A stretch of 64,000 nucleotides of DNA from an uncultured Rikenellaceae bacterium (GTDB taxonomy: Bacteria > Bacteroidota > Bacteroidia > Bacteroidales > VadinHA17): contig CAYQZL010000002.1 of the NCBI GenBank assembly GCA_964421975.1, positions 7,291 through 71,290 on the forward strand. Direction: 5' to 3'. The position numbers were made by a program, and so were the translations under genes. Shown here piece after piece: positions 21,220 to 29,785 of this stretch. Numbering within the stretch: the stretch's first letter is position 1; each line of letters begins with the position of its first letter. Below the pieces are notes generated by a model. It was not told where the DNA came from. It did not search any database and saw only the letters and a list, made by a program, of their open reading frames with translations.

Positions 21220-21340
21220 ATTATTACCCTGCTCAGGCAGGCTACAAATTTAACATATAAGACAACAAAAGGTTTAGTGTTGCAAATAAAATAATATCGC
21301 TTATTTTAGCTTCACCAATTTAACAGCCCGTCCACGGAGA

Positions 21341-21835
21341 ATGAAAAACAACGGTGAAATACTTGCAGATATCCTGAAAGAATCCGGTGATTGTTACTTT
21401 TTCCTTCACAATACAAAAGAATTACGCATTGTAAAGAAGATCATGGAAGAAGGATTGATCTTTGAGAGCAGGCTGTTACATACCGCTGATAGTGTAAATC
21501 CGTCAAGACCTGTTGAGATAAGCTATTTTCTCATCGAAAGAAAAGAATATGGTAATTTTACTGTTGTAATAGCCATTCCGCTGAAGATATTTGAGACCTA
21601 TACCAGTGCTTCAGAAAATTTCAATACGGGAATTGAAGAGATAATGACAATCACTGATCCTTATTATGGTAATAATGATGAGCTGGTATATAAATTATCG
21701 CCAAAACATGTACTTGGATACTTTGATTCAATATTATCTGTATTTACTCCTAATCCCATATGGGACAGTACATTTGATAACACATTCGAAAGAAAACCAT
21801 CGGGAAGATCATTTAAATCAGGAAAACCACAATAA
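21341..21835 (+). CDS. hypothetical cytoplasmic protein (no recognisable motif)
   Basis: 164-aa ORF with no signal peptide. It stops 15 nt before the next gene on the same strand. The coding call rests on length and context only. Confidence 0.5.
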   Translation: MKNNGEILADILKESGDCYFFLHNTKELRIVKKIMEEGLIFESRLLHTADSVNPSRPVEISYFLIERKEYGNFTVVIAIPLKIFETYTSASENFNTGIEEIMTITDPYYGNNDELVYKLSPKHVLGYFDSILSVFTPNPIWDSTFDNTFERKPSGRSFKSGKPQ

Positions 21836-21850
21836 CTTAAACACTCAAAC

Positions 21851-23611
21851 ATGAAGATTTCCTTTAAATTCTTAATCATTGCCCTGTCGTGGTGCATTAT
21901 TTCAGGCCTTGCCGGGGCACAGAACAAATACAGGGATCACAGATCACTGGTCCGTGTATCTGAAGCACTGGGGAAAGAACATTCCGCCCTTTGTACTGTA
22001 AAATCAATCGCAAAAAGTCCCGGGGGAAGGGATATACTGGTACTTATCATCGGTACAGGTGACAGGGACAATAAACCAGGAATTGCTGTTCTCGGAGGTA
22101 TAGAAGGCAGTCACCTCGCTGGAAGGGAACTGGCAACAGGTCTCGCTGATTATCTTCTCAAAAATTCAGGATCAGCTGAAATAAAAAACCTGTTGAATAA
22201 GGTCACATTCTATGTTATACCGGATGTCAGTCCCGATGCTTCAGAACAATACTTCCAGGGATTGAAATATGAAAGGAACGTCAATTCCCGGCCGGTCGAT
22301 GATGACAGGGATTTCGAGACTGATGAGGATCCTTTCGATGATCTGAACAACGACGGGCTCATCACCATGATTAGGGTTGCAGATCCTGCAGGAAAATTCA
22401 TGATAAGTCCTGAAGACGAAAGGATTATGGTGGAAGCTGACCTTTCAAAGGGCCAGACCGGATCATATACTCTCTATTCAGAAGGCATCGATAATGATAA
22501 AGACGGGAAATTCAATGAGGACGGACCGGGTGGTGTGAATTTCAACAGGAACCTTACATATAATTATGAGGAATTTGGAAATGGATCAGGACTACATCCG
22601 GTTTCGGAACCTGAATCGGTGGCAGTGCTCGATTTCCTGTACGATCATTTCAATATTTATACAACAGTTGCTTTTGGCCCGCAGGATAATCTGAATCAGT
22701 CAGCAAGGCCCGGAGCCGACAGACCTGGAGGTGGACAAGCCCAGGGACAGGGAGCATCACAGGATCAGACACCGGGGCAGTCGCGGATGCAGGGGGCATT
22801 TCAGATGCAGGGTTTCCCGCCACCGTCAGGATCGGGAACAGGGGCAGGCTCAATGCGCATGATGATGGGACAGGACAGAAAGATCACAAGTGTACTTAAA
22901 CAGGATGAAATCATAAACAAGCTCGTTTCGGATAAATACCGCGAAATAACCGGTGTAAAGGGATCACCTTCTTCCAAACAGTCACCGGGAAACTTCATGG
23001 AATGGGCATATTACCATTATGGCCGTTACAGCTTCAGTACACCGGCCTGGTGGATCCCGGTGGAACGGGATAAAAATCCCGATGCAGCATTCCTTAAATT
23101 TGCAGAAGAAAACAAAATGGAGAATGTATTCGTTCCCTGGACTGAGATCAAACATCCCGATTTTCCCGGGAAGAAAGTCGAAGCAGGAGGAATCAGACCA
23201 TTCGTAAGTATCAATCCTCCGGAAGACAGGCTGCAGGAGCTTATTGAAAAGAATTCGAGGTTCATCATAGAGATGGCCGGAATGCATCCGGAACTGGATT
23301 TCCTCGACCTGAAAATTGAAGATCAGGGTGAAAACATTTTCAGGCTCACACTCAGGGTACACAATAAAGGTATTTTTGCCACGTGTGCTGCTGCCGGCGA
23401 GAGAAACCTCTATACCCGGCTTATGGGAATTAGTCTTGAAACCTCAGACAATCAGAGATTCCTGAGCGGACAGAAAGTTCAGAGAATAGGAAGACTGGAA
23501 GGAGGCGAATCGGCTGAATTCAGCTGGCTTATACTCGGCAGAGGTGAAGTCAGGATCACTGCCGGAGCCGTAAATACGGGAATAATAAGCACTACCGCCA
23601 TATTGAAATAA
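21851..23611 (+). CDS. M14 carboxypeptidase-like protein, probably catalytically inactive paralogue, with Gln/Gly/Pro-rich insertion
   Basis: 586 aa with a signal peptide. It aligns by eye to the downstream M14 gene (KPGIAVLGGIEGSHLAGRE vs KPGFWIDGNIHSIELQGTE; EGIDNDKDGKFNEDGPGGVNFNRN vs EGIDNDGDGLFNEDGPGGYDGNRD). The HxxE box reads ExxH here. The third zinc-ligand His and the catalytic Glu positions are not conserved. Confidence 0.65.
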   Translation: MKISFKFLIIALSWCIISGLAGAQNKYRDHRSLVRVSEALGKEHSALCTVKSIAKSPGGRDILVLIIGTGDRDNKPGIAVLGGIEGSHLAGRELATGLADYLLKNSGSAEIKNLLNKVTFYVIPDVSPDASEQYFQGLKYERNVNSRPVDDDRDFETDEDPFDDLNNDGLITMIRVADPAGKFMISPEDERIMVEADLSKGQTGSYTLYSEGIDNDKDGKFNEDGPGGVNFNRNLTYNYEEFGNGSGLHPVSEPESVAVLDFLYDHFNIYTTVAFGPQDNLNQSARPGADRPGGGQAQGQGASQDQTPGQSRMQGAFQMQGFPPPSGSGTGAGSMRMMMGQDRKITSVLKQDEIINKLVSDKYREITGVKGSPSSKQSPGNFMEWAYYHYGRYSFSTPAWWIPVERDKNPDAAFLKFAEENKMENVFVPWTEIKHPDFPGKKVEAGGIRPFVSINPPEDRLQELIEKNSRFIIEMAGMHPELDFLDLKIEDQGENIFRLTLRVHNKGIFATCAAAGERNLYTRLMGISLETSDNQRFLSGQKVQRIGRLEGGESAEFSWLILGRGEVRITAGAVNTGIISTTAILK

Positions 23612-23728
23612 TAATCAACCTATTATGGAGATCAATATGAATAATTCATGCACTGAGAATATCAACCGGATCGATCATTCGATATCATGGCTGTTCAGTC
23701 TGACCATTGAAAATTAAAAAATACACAG

Positions 23729-25450
23729 ATGAAAAAAATAGTTTTAAACTCATTGTTATTGTCAATACTGATACTTCTTTCAGGTACTCTGACTGCTCAG
23801 GAAGAATCTCTCGCTTTTGATGCTGCAGGATCACCTTCAAATCCGAGGGTTCAGATTTCGTGGAATAAATACCATACCTATGCCGGAGTTACCGATTTCT
23901 GTAAAAAGCTGGCAAATGCATTTCCTGAACTCGTTACCCTCACTTCAGCAGGTAAATCATTTCAGGGGCGCGATATTCATGTTCTAACGATAACCGACCG
24001 TAAGAGCGGTTCTCCCGATCACAAACCGGGATTCTGGATTGACGGAAACATACATTCAATTGAACTGCAGGGTACTGAGATGGCAATGTATACAGCCTGG
24101 TACCTGTGCGAGATGTTTGATGAGAACACTTTCATCAAACAGCTTTTGAAAGACAAGACATTTTATATAGCTCCTACTATAAATCCTGATGCAAGGGATT
24201 ATTTCGCCTTTGTGGGAGTTCCCCCAAGGTCAGGACTGATGCCTTATGATAATGACCGTGACGGCAAATTTGATGAGGACGGATCGGACGATATGAACGG
24301 TGATAAGAATATCAGTCAGATAAGACGTAAAAATCCCGAAGGAGCATATAAACCAGATCCGAAGGATCCCCGCAGAATGGTAAGAGTTGAACCGGGTGAA
24401 AAAGGCGAATATGATATTATCGGTATGGAAGGTATCGATAATGATGGCGACGGACTGTTCAATGAAGACGGACCAGGCGGATATGATGGTAACCGTGACT
24501 GGGGTTTCAACTGGGAACCCAATTATGTACAGAGCGGTGCAAATAAATACCCCTTCTCACAACCTGAGAACAGGGCTGTCCGGGATTTTGCCCTCAATCA
24601 CAGGAATATTGCCGGAGCCCAGTCATTCCATAATTCAGGAGGCATGATACTCAGAGGACCATCCATTCAGGGTGGAGGAGCTGAAGCGTACAGCCGTTCC
24701 GATGATGCCGTCATCGATGCCATAGGTAAAAAAGGAGAACTTATGATACCGGGTTACTCCCTTCTTACAATCTGGAAAGATATGTATACGGTTTATGGCG
24801 GAGAAATAGACTGGTGGCATGGTGCTATGGGATGTTTCGTCTATTCGAACGAACTATGGAACAGCTACCTGATGTTCTATGATACTGCAAATACCGACCA
24901 GTACGAATTTGACAGGCTGCTTCTGTTCGAAGATGCTTTCATCCCATGGCAGAAGCTGGATCATCCTGTTTACGGCGAAGTTGAGATAGGCGGATTCAGC
25001 AAAATGTTTGGCAGACTGCATCCGGGATTCCTTCTCGAAACAGATGCACACAGAAATGCAGCATTCTGCATCTTTAATGCATATCAGTCGCCAAAGCTGG
25101 AAATAACGAACCTCAGGGTAACAAAGATTGAAGGTGGACTAAAAGAAGTAACAGCTTCAGTAATAAACCGCAGAATGATACCTACTCATTCAGCAACAAA
25201 TCTGAGATATAAAATAGATCCGCCAGTCTATGTATATCTCGACGGTGGGACAGTTCTTGCAGGCATGACAGTGGAAAATGCCGATCTCAATCTTACAACC
25301 GAAAAGAAAAAGGATCCTCAGAGATTAGAGATACCAAATATTGCAGGCTACCAGAAAATAGATGTTAAATGGATCGTTAAAGGAGGAAACAAATATACCG
25401 TAAGGGTTGAAAGTGTAAAGGGAGGCAGGACTTCCACACAATCAGAATAA
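23729..25450 (+). CDS. M14 family zinc carboxypeptidase (secreted)
   Basis: 573 aa with a signal peptide. HxxE zinc box GNIHSIELQGTE, second His in AQSFHNSGGMILRGP, and a putative catalytic Glu in VYSNELW. Asp-rich calcium-type inserts are present (DNDRDGKFDEDGSDDMNGD, DNDGDGLFNEDG). Confidence 0.8.
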   Translation: MKKIVLNSLLLSILILLSGTLTAQEESLAFDAAGSPSNPRVQISWNKYHTYAGVTDFCKKLANAFPELVTLTSAGKSFQGRDIHVLTITDRKSGSPDHKPGFWIDGNIHSIELQGTEMAMYTAWYLCEMFDENTFIKQLLKDKTFYIAPTINPDARDYFAFVGVPPRSGLMPYDNDRDGKFDEDGSDDMNGDKNISQIRRKNPEGAYKPDPKDPRRMVRVEPGEKGEYDIIGMEGIDNDGDGLFNEDGPGGYDGNRDWGFNWEPNYVQSGANKYPFSQPENRAVRDFALNHRNIAGAQSFHNSGGMILRGPSIQGGGAEAYSRSDDAVIDAIGKKGELMIPGYSLLTIWKDMYTVYGGEIDWWHGAMGCFVYSNELWNSYLMFYDTANTDQYEFDRLLLFEDAFIPWQKLDHPVYGEVEIGGFSKMFGRLHPGFLLETDAHRNAAFCIFNAYQSPKLEITNLRVTKIEGGLKEVTASVINRRMIPTHSATNLRYKIDPPVYVYLDGGTVLAGMTVENADLNLTTEKKKDPQRLEIPNIAGYQKIDVKWIVKGGNKYTVRVESVKGGRTSTQSE

Positions 25451-25485
25451 AAGACAGACCGGCCAGGAAGGCCGTTCTGTCTTTT
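25451..25485. terminator. bidirectional intrinsic terminator hairpin between convergent genes
   Basis: AAGACAGACCGGCC-AGGAA-GGCCGTTCTGTCTT, followed by TT and preceded by AA. It gives about 13 bp of stem with one bulge. Confidence 0.7.
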
Positions 25486-25518
25486 AAGGAATGAAAAACT
25501 ATTATGGAATTACCTGTT

Positions 25519-26241
25519 TCAGTTTACCTGGAAGAAGATCTTGAAATAACCGGTTGCCTTTGATGATTTGATATCAAATTTCCATTCACCGGTTTTATCC
25601 TGGTTCTCGGTTTCAGATATTGTAAGGGATTTCCTCCAGTTCAGATTCCCGAATTCGTCTATCACGATTTCTGAAAATGTTTTGCCATTGGGCATAGTGA
25701 TCTTAACCCTTATTTCACCTTGTTTGCAGTCGCCGCTCACTGACATTACAACTGATTTTGCAGTTGGCTCTACATCGAATATATAATCACGCGAATAGGA
25801 AGATTCCTTGATCGATTTGGAAATGTCCCAGGTACTTTTCTCTGAATTTCCGTTTGAATACAGATAATAAAAATCGCCGGGATTCCCTTTCCAAACAAAA
25901 GGTTCTCCAATAGACCTCATTCTGCCAAGATCCTTTAAATCTTTCATGGCATCCTTAAATTCAGGATTGTCAAGATCCTTTAATTTCCTGTCCAGTTCCT
26001 GCATTGCCCTGTCTGTGGCATCTCTGCGGATGATAACCGCCTTCTCAAATTCTTCCTGTGCCTGTTTCTGAGCTTCCTGTTCAGTTTTCTGCCTTTCGAT
26101 CATGATTTTTTTCTGCTCATTGATTGCTTCCTGCAATTCTTTTTCTTTTTCCTCTTTTGTCTTTTCCTGGGCATTTATCTGCTGAAAGGAGCAAAACGAC
26201 ACGAGGAAAAAAACTCCGAATATTATTCCATACTTTTTCAT
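25519..26241 (-). CDS. hypothetical secreted protein (N-terminal coiled-coil, C-terminal beta-rich domain)
   Basis: 240 aa with a signal peptide (FFLVSFCSFQQINAQ). The Lys/Glu/Gln-rich segment is EKTKEEKEKELQEAINEQKK... No catalytic motif was recognised. Confidence 0.55.
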   Translation of the reverse strand: MKKYGIIFGVFFLVSFCSFQQINAQEKTKEEKEKELQEAINEQKKIMIERQKTEQEAQKQAQEEFEKAVIIRRDATDRAMQELDRKLKDLDNPEFKDAMKDLKDLGRMRSIGEPFVWKGNPGDFYYLYSNGNSEKSTWDISKSIKESSYSRDYIFDVEPTAKSVVMSVSGDCKQGEIRVKITMPNGKTFSEIVIDEFGNLNWRKSLTISETENQDKTGEWKFDIKSSKATGYFKIFFQVN

Positions 26242-26389
26242 GGCTGTCTCTTTATTATTTGTTTATTCAAAGATAGTACCGTTAATCCCGGTATATTGTT
26301 AATGCAGCGTTAACGCAGGGTTAATGTTTGGCCATCCTGCTCCGGGATTTAATAAAAAATCAATACTTTTGATAAGCAAACACTTCAAG

Positions 26390-27844
26390 ATGAAAAAAAG
26401 GAATACCATCCTCCTGCTCGGGATATCAGCAATAGCGATAGTGATAATCGCCCAGATAATCATAATAAGAGGAATCCTGAAGCAGAATTATGAAATGCTC
26501 GATCTCCGGTACAGGCTTCTTTCGCAGGAAGCGGTTTCAACACTGAGGCGCCAGCGTGCAGTGGATGTCTATGATACGGTAAGGTTCATTCTGGACAGAT
26601 ACTCTGAAAAAGCTGCCGCCGATCTGCTCAGTATAAGCGACCAGAAAGAACTTGAAGAAAAGAAAAAAGAGATACTGGATTACTTTACAATGACACTGAA
26701 CCAGGAACAGGATCTCTCCGGCTATCTTTCTGCCTACTTTGAACGGATGGGAGTCGATAAAAATTTCACCCACAGGATTGAGATCAGAAACCTTGAAATT
26801 ATAAGCAGGGATACTTTTCCTATAGTGAGGGATGAAAATTTTTTCAGAATGAGGCCACCGGAGCGCGGAAGACCGGCCGGGCCGGGATTACCACAAACAG
26901 CCGTACCAGCAGTCGAAACAGGAACTACCACTTTATCAGGCGGAATATCAACACCGGGAAGTTCCAGAATACTGGTTGAACGAAGAGGACTTGAAGATAA
27001 TTTTTACTTCCTCTTCTTCGAATACTATATAGATTTTTCAGATAAAAGACTGATGGTGCTTAAAGCTTCTTCAGCCTCACTGGCAATGAGCCTGTTCAGC
27101 CTTCTGATTGTTGTTGTCATTTTTATGGTGACCTACCGTAACCTTATGGAAGAAAGGAGACTGTCAAATCTCAAGACCGACTTTATCAATAATATGACCC
27201 ATGAGCTGAAAACACCTCTCGCAACGATAACCGTCGCCGGAAAGACCCTCGAAATGGAAAGGATAAGGAACGACGAGACAAAGGTGCTGGAGACTGCAAA
27301 ACTGATCGGAAAACAGAGCGTTCACCTGAACCAGCTGATAAACATGATCCTCGAAATATCAATGTGGGAAAGGACCGAATTCCAGCTCGATAAAAAAAGG
27401 ATCAATATCGAAGAAGTAATGAATGATATTGTGAGCAGTTTCAGGGTTGGTCCGGGAAATATAGCAGCACTGACCCAGAAATACAATTTCAATGGCGCCG
27501 AAGCCGATATTGACCTTATTTACTTCACCACAATGATTAACAACCTGCTGTCAAATGCGGTAAAATATTCGGACAAGGATCCGGAGATCAACGTTGAAGG
27601 TTTCACAGGGGACGGTAATATATATATAAAGGTGGCCGATAACGGCATAGGGATAAACAAAACAGATCAGAAACATATTTTCGATAAATTTTACCGGGCA
27701 TCATCCGGCAATATTCACAAATACAAAGGACTCGGACTCGGGCTTTACTATGTTAAAAAGATTGCGGTCGCACACGGAGGCGACGTTACAGTTAACAGTA
27801 AACCCGGAAAAGGTAGTATCTTTACAGTAACAATTCCTTATTAA
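26390..27844 (+). CDS. sensor histidine kinase
   Basis: H-box FINNMTHELKTPLATI, N-box LLSNAVKYS, G-boxes DNGIGI and GLGLGLYYVKKI. Two TM helices flank a ~200-aa external domain. The Met at 26390 (MKKRNTILLLG) is preferred over the ORF-track start at 26324. Confidence 0.88.
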   Translation: MKKRNTILLLGISAIAIVIIAQIIIIRGILKQNYEMLDLRYRLLSQEAVSTLRRQRAVDVYDTVRFILDRYSEKAAADLLSISDQKELEEKKKEILDYFTMTLNQEQDLSGYLSAYFERMGVDKNFTHRIEIRNLEIISRDTFPIVRDENFFRMRPPERGRPAGPGLPQTAVPAVETGTTTLSGGISTPGSSRILVERRGLEDNFYFLFFEYYIDFSDKRLMVLKASSASLAMSLFSLLIVVVIFMVTYRNLMEERRLSNLKTDFINNMTHELKTPLATITVAGKTLEMERIRNDETKVLETAKLIGKQSVHLNQLINMILEISMWERTEFQLDKKRINIEEVMNDIVSSFRVGPGNIAALTQKYNFNGAEADIDLIYFTTMINNLLSNAVKYSDKDPEINVEGFTGDGNIYIKVADNGIGINKTDQKHIFDKFYRASSGNIHKYKGLGLGLYYVKKIAVAHGGDVTVNSKPGKGSIFTVTIPY

Positions 27845-27859
27845 TAATCAACACTTATC

Positions 27860-28540
27860 ATGAAAGTTTTATTAGCAGAAGATGACAGGGATTTTGGCAA
27901 TATTCTCGCCCAGTATGTAACAATAAACGGTTTTGAGGTCAATCTTGCCCGTGACGGCAATGAAGCCTGGGAATCATTCAGACAGGATAAACCGGATATT
28001 TGTGTCCTAGATGTGATGATGCCTGAAATGGACGGTTTTACACTTGGAGAGAAGATAAAAGAAGCAGAACCCGGGGTCCCTCTGATTTATCTGACAGCAA
28101 AAAGTCTGAAGGAAGATATAGTCAGGGGTCTGAAAATCGGAGCCGATGATTACATTACAAAACCGTTTGATCCCGAGGTACTTATTCTAAGGATAAACAA
28201 TATTCTCAAACGTACCTACTCTTCCTCAACCGATGAATTTAAAATATCGGATACTGTTTTGAAGTTCAATACTCTGGAACTGATTTCCGGAGAGACCTCC
28301 GAGAAACTTACATTAAAGGAAGCCCAGTTGTTAAAATATTTTATAATCAATAAGAACAGGATCCTTGCACGGGAAGACATCCTGAATGAGATCTGGGGTG
28401 AGGATGATTATTTCCTTGGCCGCAGTATGGATGTATTCATCAGCCGGCTCCGTAAATATATCTCTGAAGATAAAAATATCGATATACGTACTGTAAGGGG
28501 AACAGGTTTTATTCTGGAAGAGCTGAACAGGGAGAAATAA
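27860..28540 (+). CDS. OmpR/PhoB-type response regulator
   Basis: 226 aa. Receiver domain (LLAEDD, DVMMPEMDG, LTAK) plus a winged-helix output domain (LTLKEAQLLKYF, RLRKYI, TVRGTGFIL). Confidence 0.9.
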   Translation: MKVLLAEDDRDFGNILAQYVTINGFEVNLARDGNEAWESFRQDKPDICVLDVMMPEMDGFTLGEKIKEAEPGVPLIYLTAKSLKEDIVRGLKIGADDYITKPFDPEVLILRINNILKRTYSSSTDEFKISDTVLKFNTLELISGETSEKLTLKEAQLLKYFIINKNRILAREDILNEIWGEDDYFLGRSMDVFISRLRKYISEDKNIDIRTVRGTGFILEELNREK

Positions 28541-28559
28541 TCTGACGGCGGACAATAAA

Positions 28560-28610
28560 AAAAAACGTATTAAAATACGTATTTTAATACGTTTTTTAAT
28601 ACGTTTTTTT
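28560..28610. terminator. perfect 38-bp AT-rich palindrome plus an extra 12-nt repeat copy; likely bidirectional terminator
   Basis: 28560-28597 reads AAAAAACGTATTAAAATAC|GTATTTTAATACGTTTTTT, perfectly self-complementary. AATACGT recurs at 12-nt spacing (28574, 28586, 28598). It lies between convergent stop codons at 28540 and 28616. Confidence 0.65.
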
Positions 28611-28615
28611 ATTTC

Positions 28616-29716
28616 TTATCTTGACAGCAGTTCGCTGATCCTGGCCCTGAGGTCATTTCCCCTCAGATTCCGGGCAATAATTATACCGTTTTCATCGAGA
28701 AGGAAATTTGCCGGAATTGAGTTCACCGCATATAATTTAGCAGCATCGCTGTTCCAGTACTTGAGGTCAGAAACATGTGTCCAGGTAAGCTTGTCATCTG
28801 CTATTGCCTTAACCCAGTCATCCTTTGACTGATCGAGTGAAACTCCGAAGATATCAAAACCCTTATTCTTAAATTCATTATAAACTTTAACAATATTAGG
28901 ATTTTCCTGGCGACAGGGTCCGCACCATGCTGCCCAGAAATCAATAAGCAAAAGTTTTGATCCTATCTTTGATGAAAGAGAAACGGGATTTCCGTTAACA
29001 TCATTCAGTGTGAAATCGGGTGCTTTCTGTCCTATTCCCACACTTTTCATTGCCTCAACCCTTGTCATTAATTCCCGTATAACAGGCACTTTCGCAACAC
29101 TTGTATCCATCGCATTTATTATTGCCTCAATTTCTGTTGCCTCAAGCTCATAGCTCATGCTTCTGAGCAGTGAAGGAGTCACAAATGATGAAGGATTGTT
29201 CTTAATAAAATTCATCTGGGTTTGTGACATTTCTTTTGCAACTGCATCGGCATCTCTCTCAATCTGTGACATTTTAGCTGTATCATTTATCTGCCTTGCA
29301 GTCTGGTATTCCTGAACCAGACCCGAATATTTTTCATTCAGGGGTCTGACTGATTCAATAAGGGAATTATATTCATCCTGTGTTTTTGAACCTGTGACCT
29401 TTGCATTGAACAGGGAATCGAGCTTCCCGCTTATACTGATATTGGAATTTTCGAGGTAGAAGGAAGTACGGTAAGGTGTATTGAGAGCCACAAGCTGAAC
29501 AAGGTCGGGGTATTCGATTACACCTTTCATTTTAAAAGAACCGTTTTTAACGGCTGCCGAATCGAGTGTAACAATTTTCCCGGCTTCTCTTTTCTGAAGC
29601 ATGAAAACAACACTGTCAGCTCCGTCAATTTTACCTTTTACTACAAACTGCGGTCCTGAGGAACATGCAGAAATAAATGCTGCCAAAACAAACAGGAAGA
29701 TAATTTTTTTCATCAT
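28616..29716 (-). CDS. TlpA-like thiol:disulfide oxidoreductase lipoprotein (thioredoxin fold with N-terminal extension)
   Basis: 366 aa. Lipobox FISACSS. The C-terminal thioredoxin domain has FWAAWCGPCRQENP. Confidence 0.82.
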   Translation of the reverse strand: MMKKIIFLFVLAAFISACSSGPQFVVKGKIDGADSVVFMLQKREAGKIVTLDSAAVKNGSFKMKGVIEYPDLVQLVALNTPYRTSFYLENSNISISGKLDSLFNAKVTGSKTQDEYNSLIESVRPLNEKYSGLVQEYQTARQINDTAKMSQIERDADAVAKEMSQTQMNFIKNNPSSFVTPSLLRSMSYELEATEIEAIINAMDTSVAKVPVIRELMTRVEAMKSVGIGQKAPDFTLNDVNGNPVSLSSKIGSKLLLIDFWAAWCGPCRQENPNIVKVYNEFKNKGFDIFGVSLDQSKDDWVKAIADDKLTWTHVSDLKYWNSDAAKLYAVNSIPANFLLDENGIIIARNLRGNDLRARISELLSR

Positions 29717-29785
29717 ACGAAATTAATTATGTATCAGATTTTTAATTATAAATCGCGCAAAGATACAAATTATTGTCTACTATCA

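Noticed and set aside
26324-26389. N-terminal extensions implied by longest-ORF starts (26324 kinase; likewise 32247, 53939, 48813, 61124, 6038, 53903)
   Set aside because: In each case an internal Met gives a canonical N-terminus (signal peptide, TM helix or family-typical start). That Met also removes overlap with the upstream gene or its terminator. Starts remain predictions without ribosome profiling or N-terminal data.
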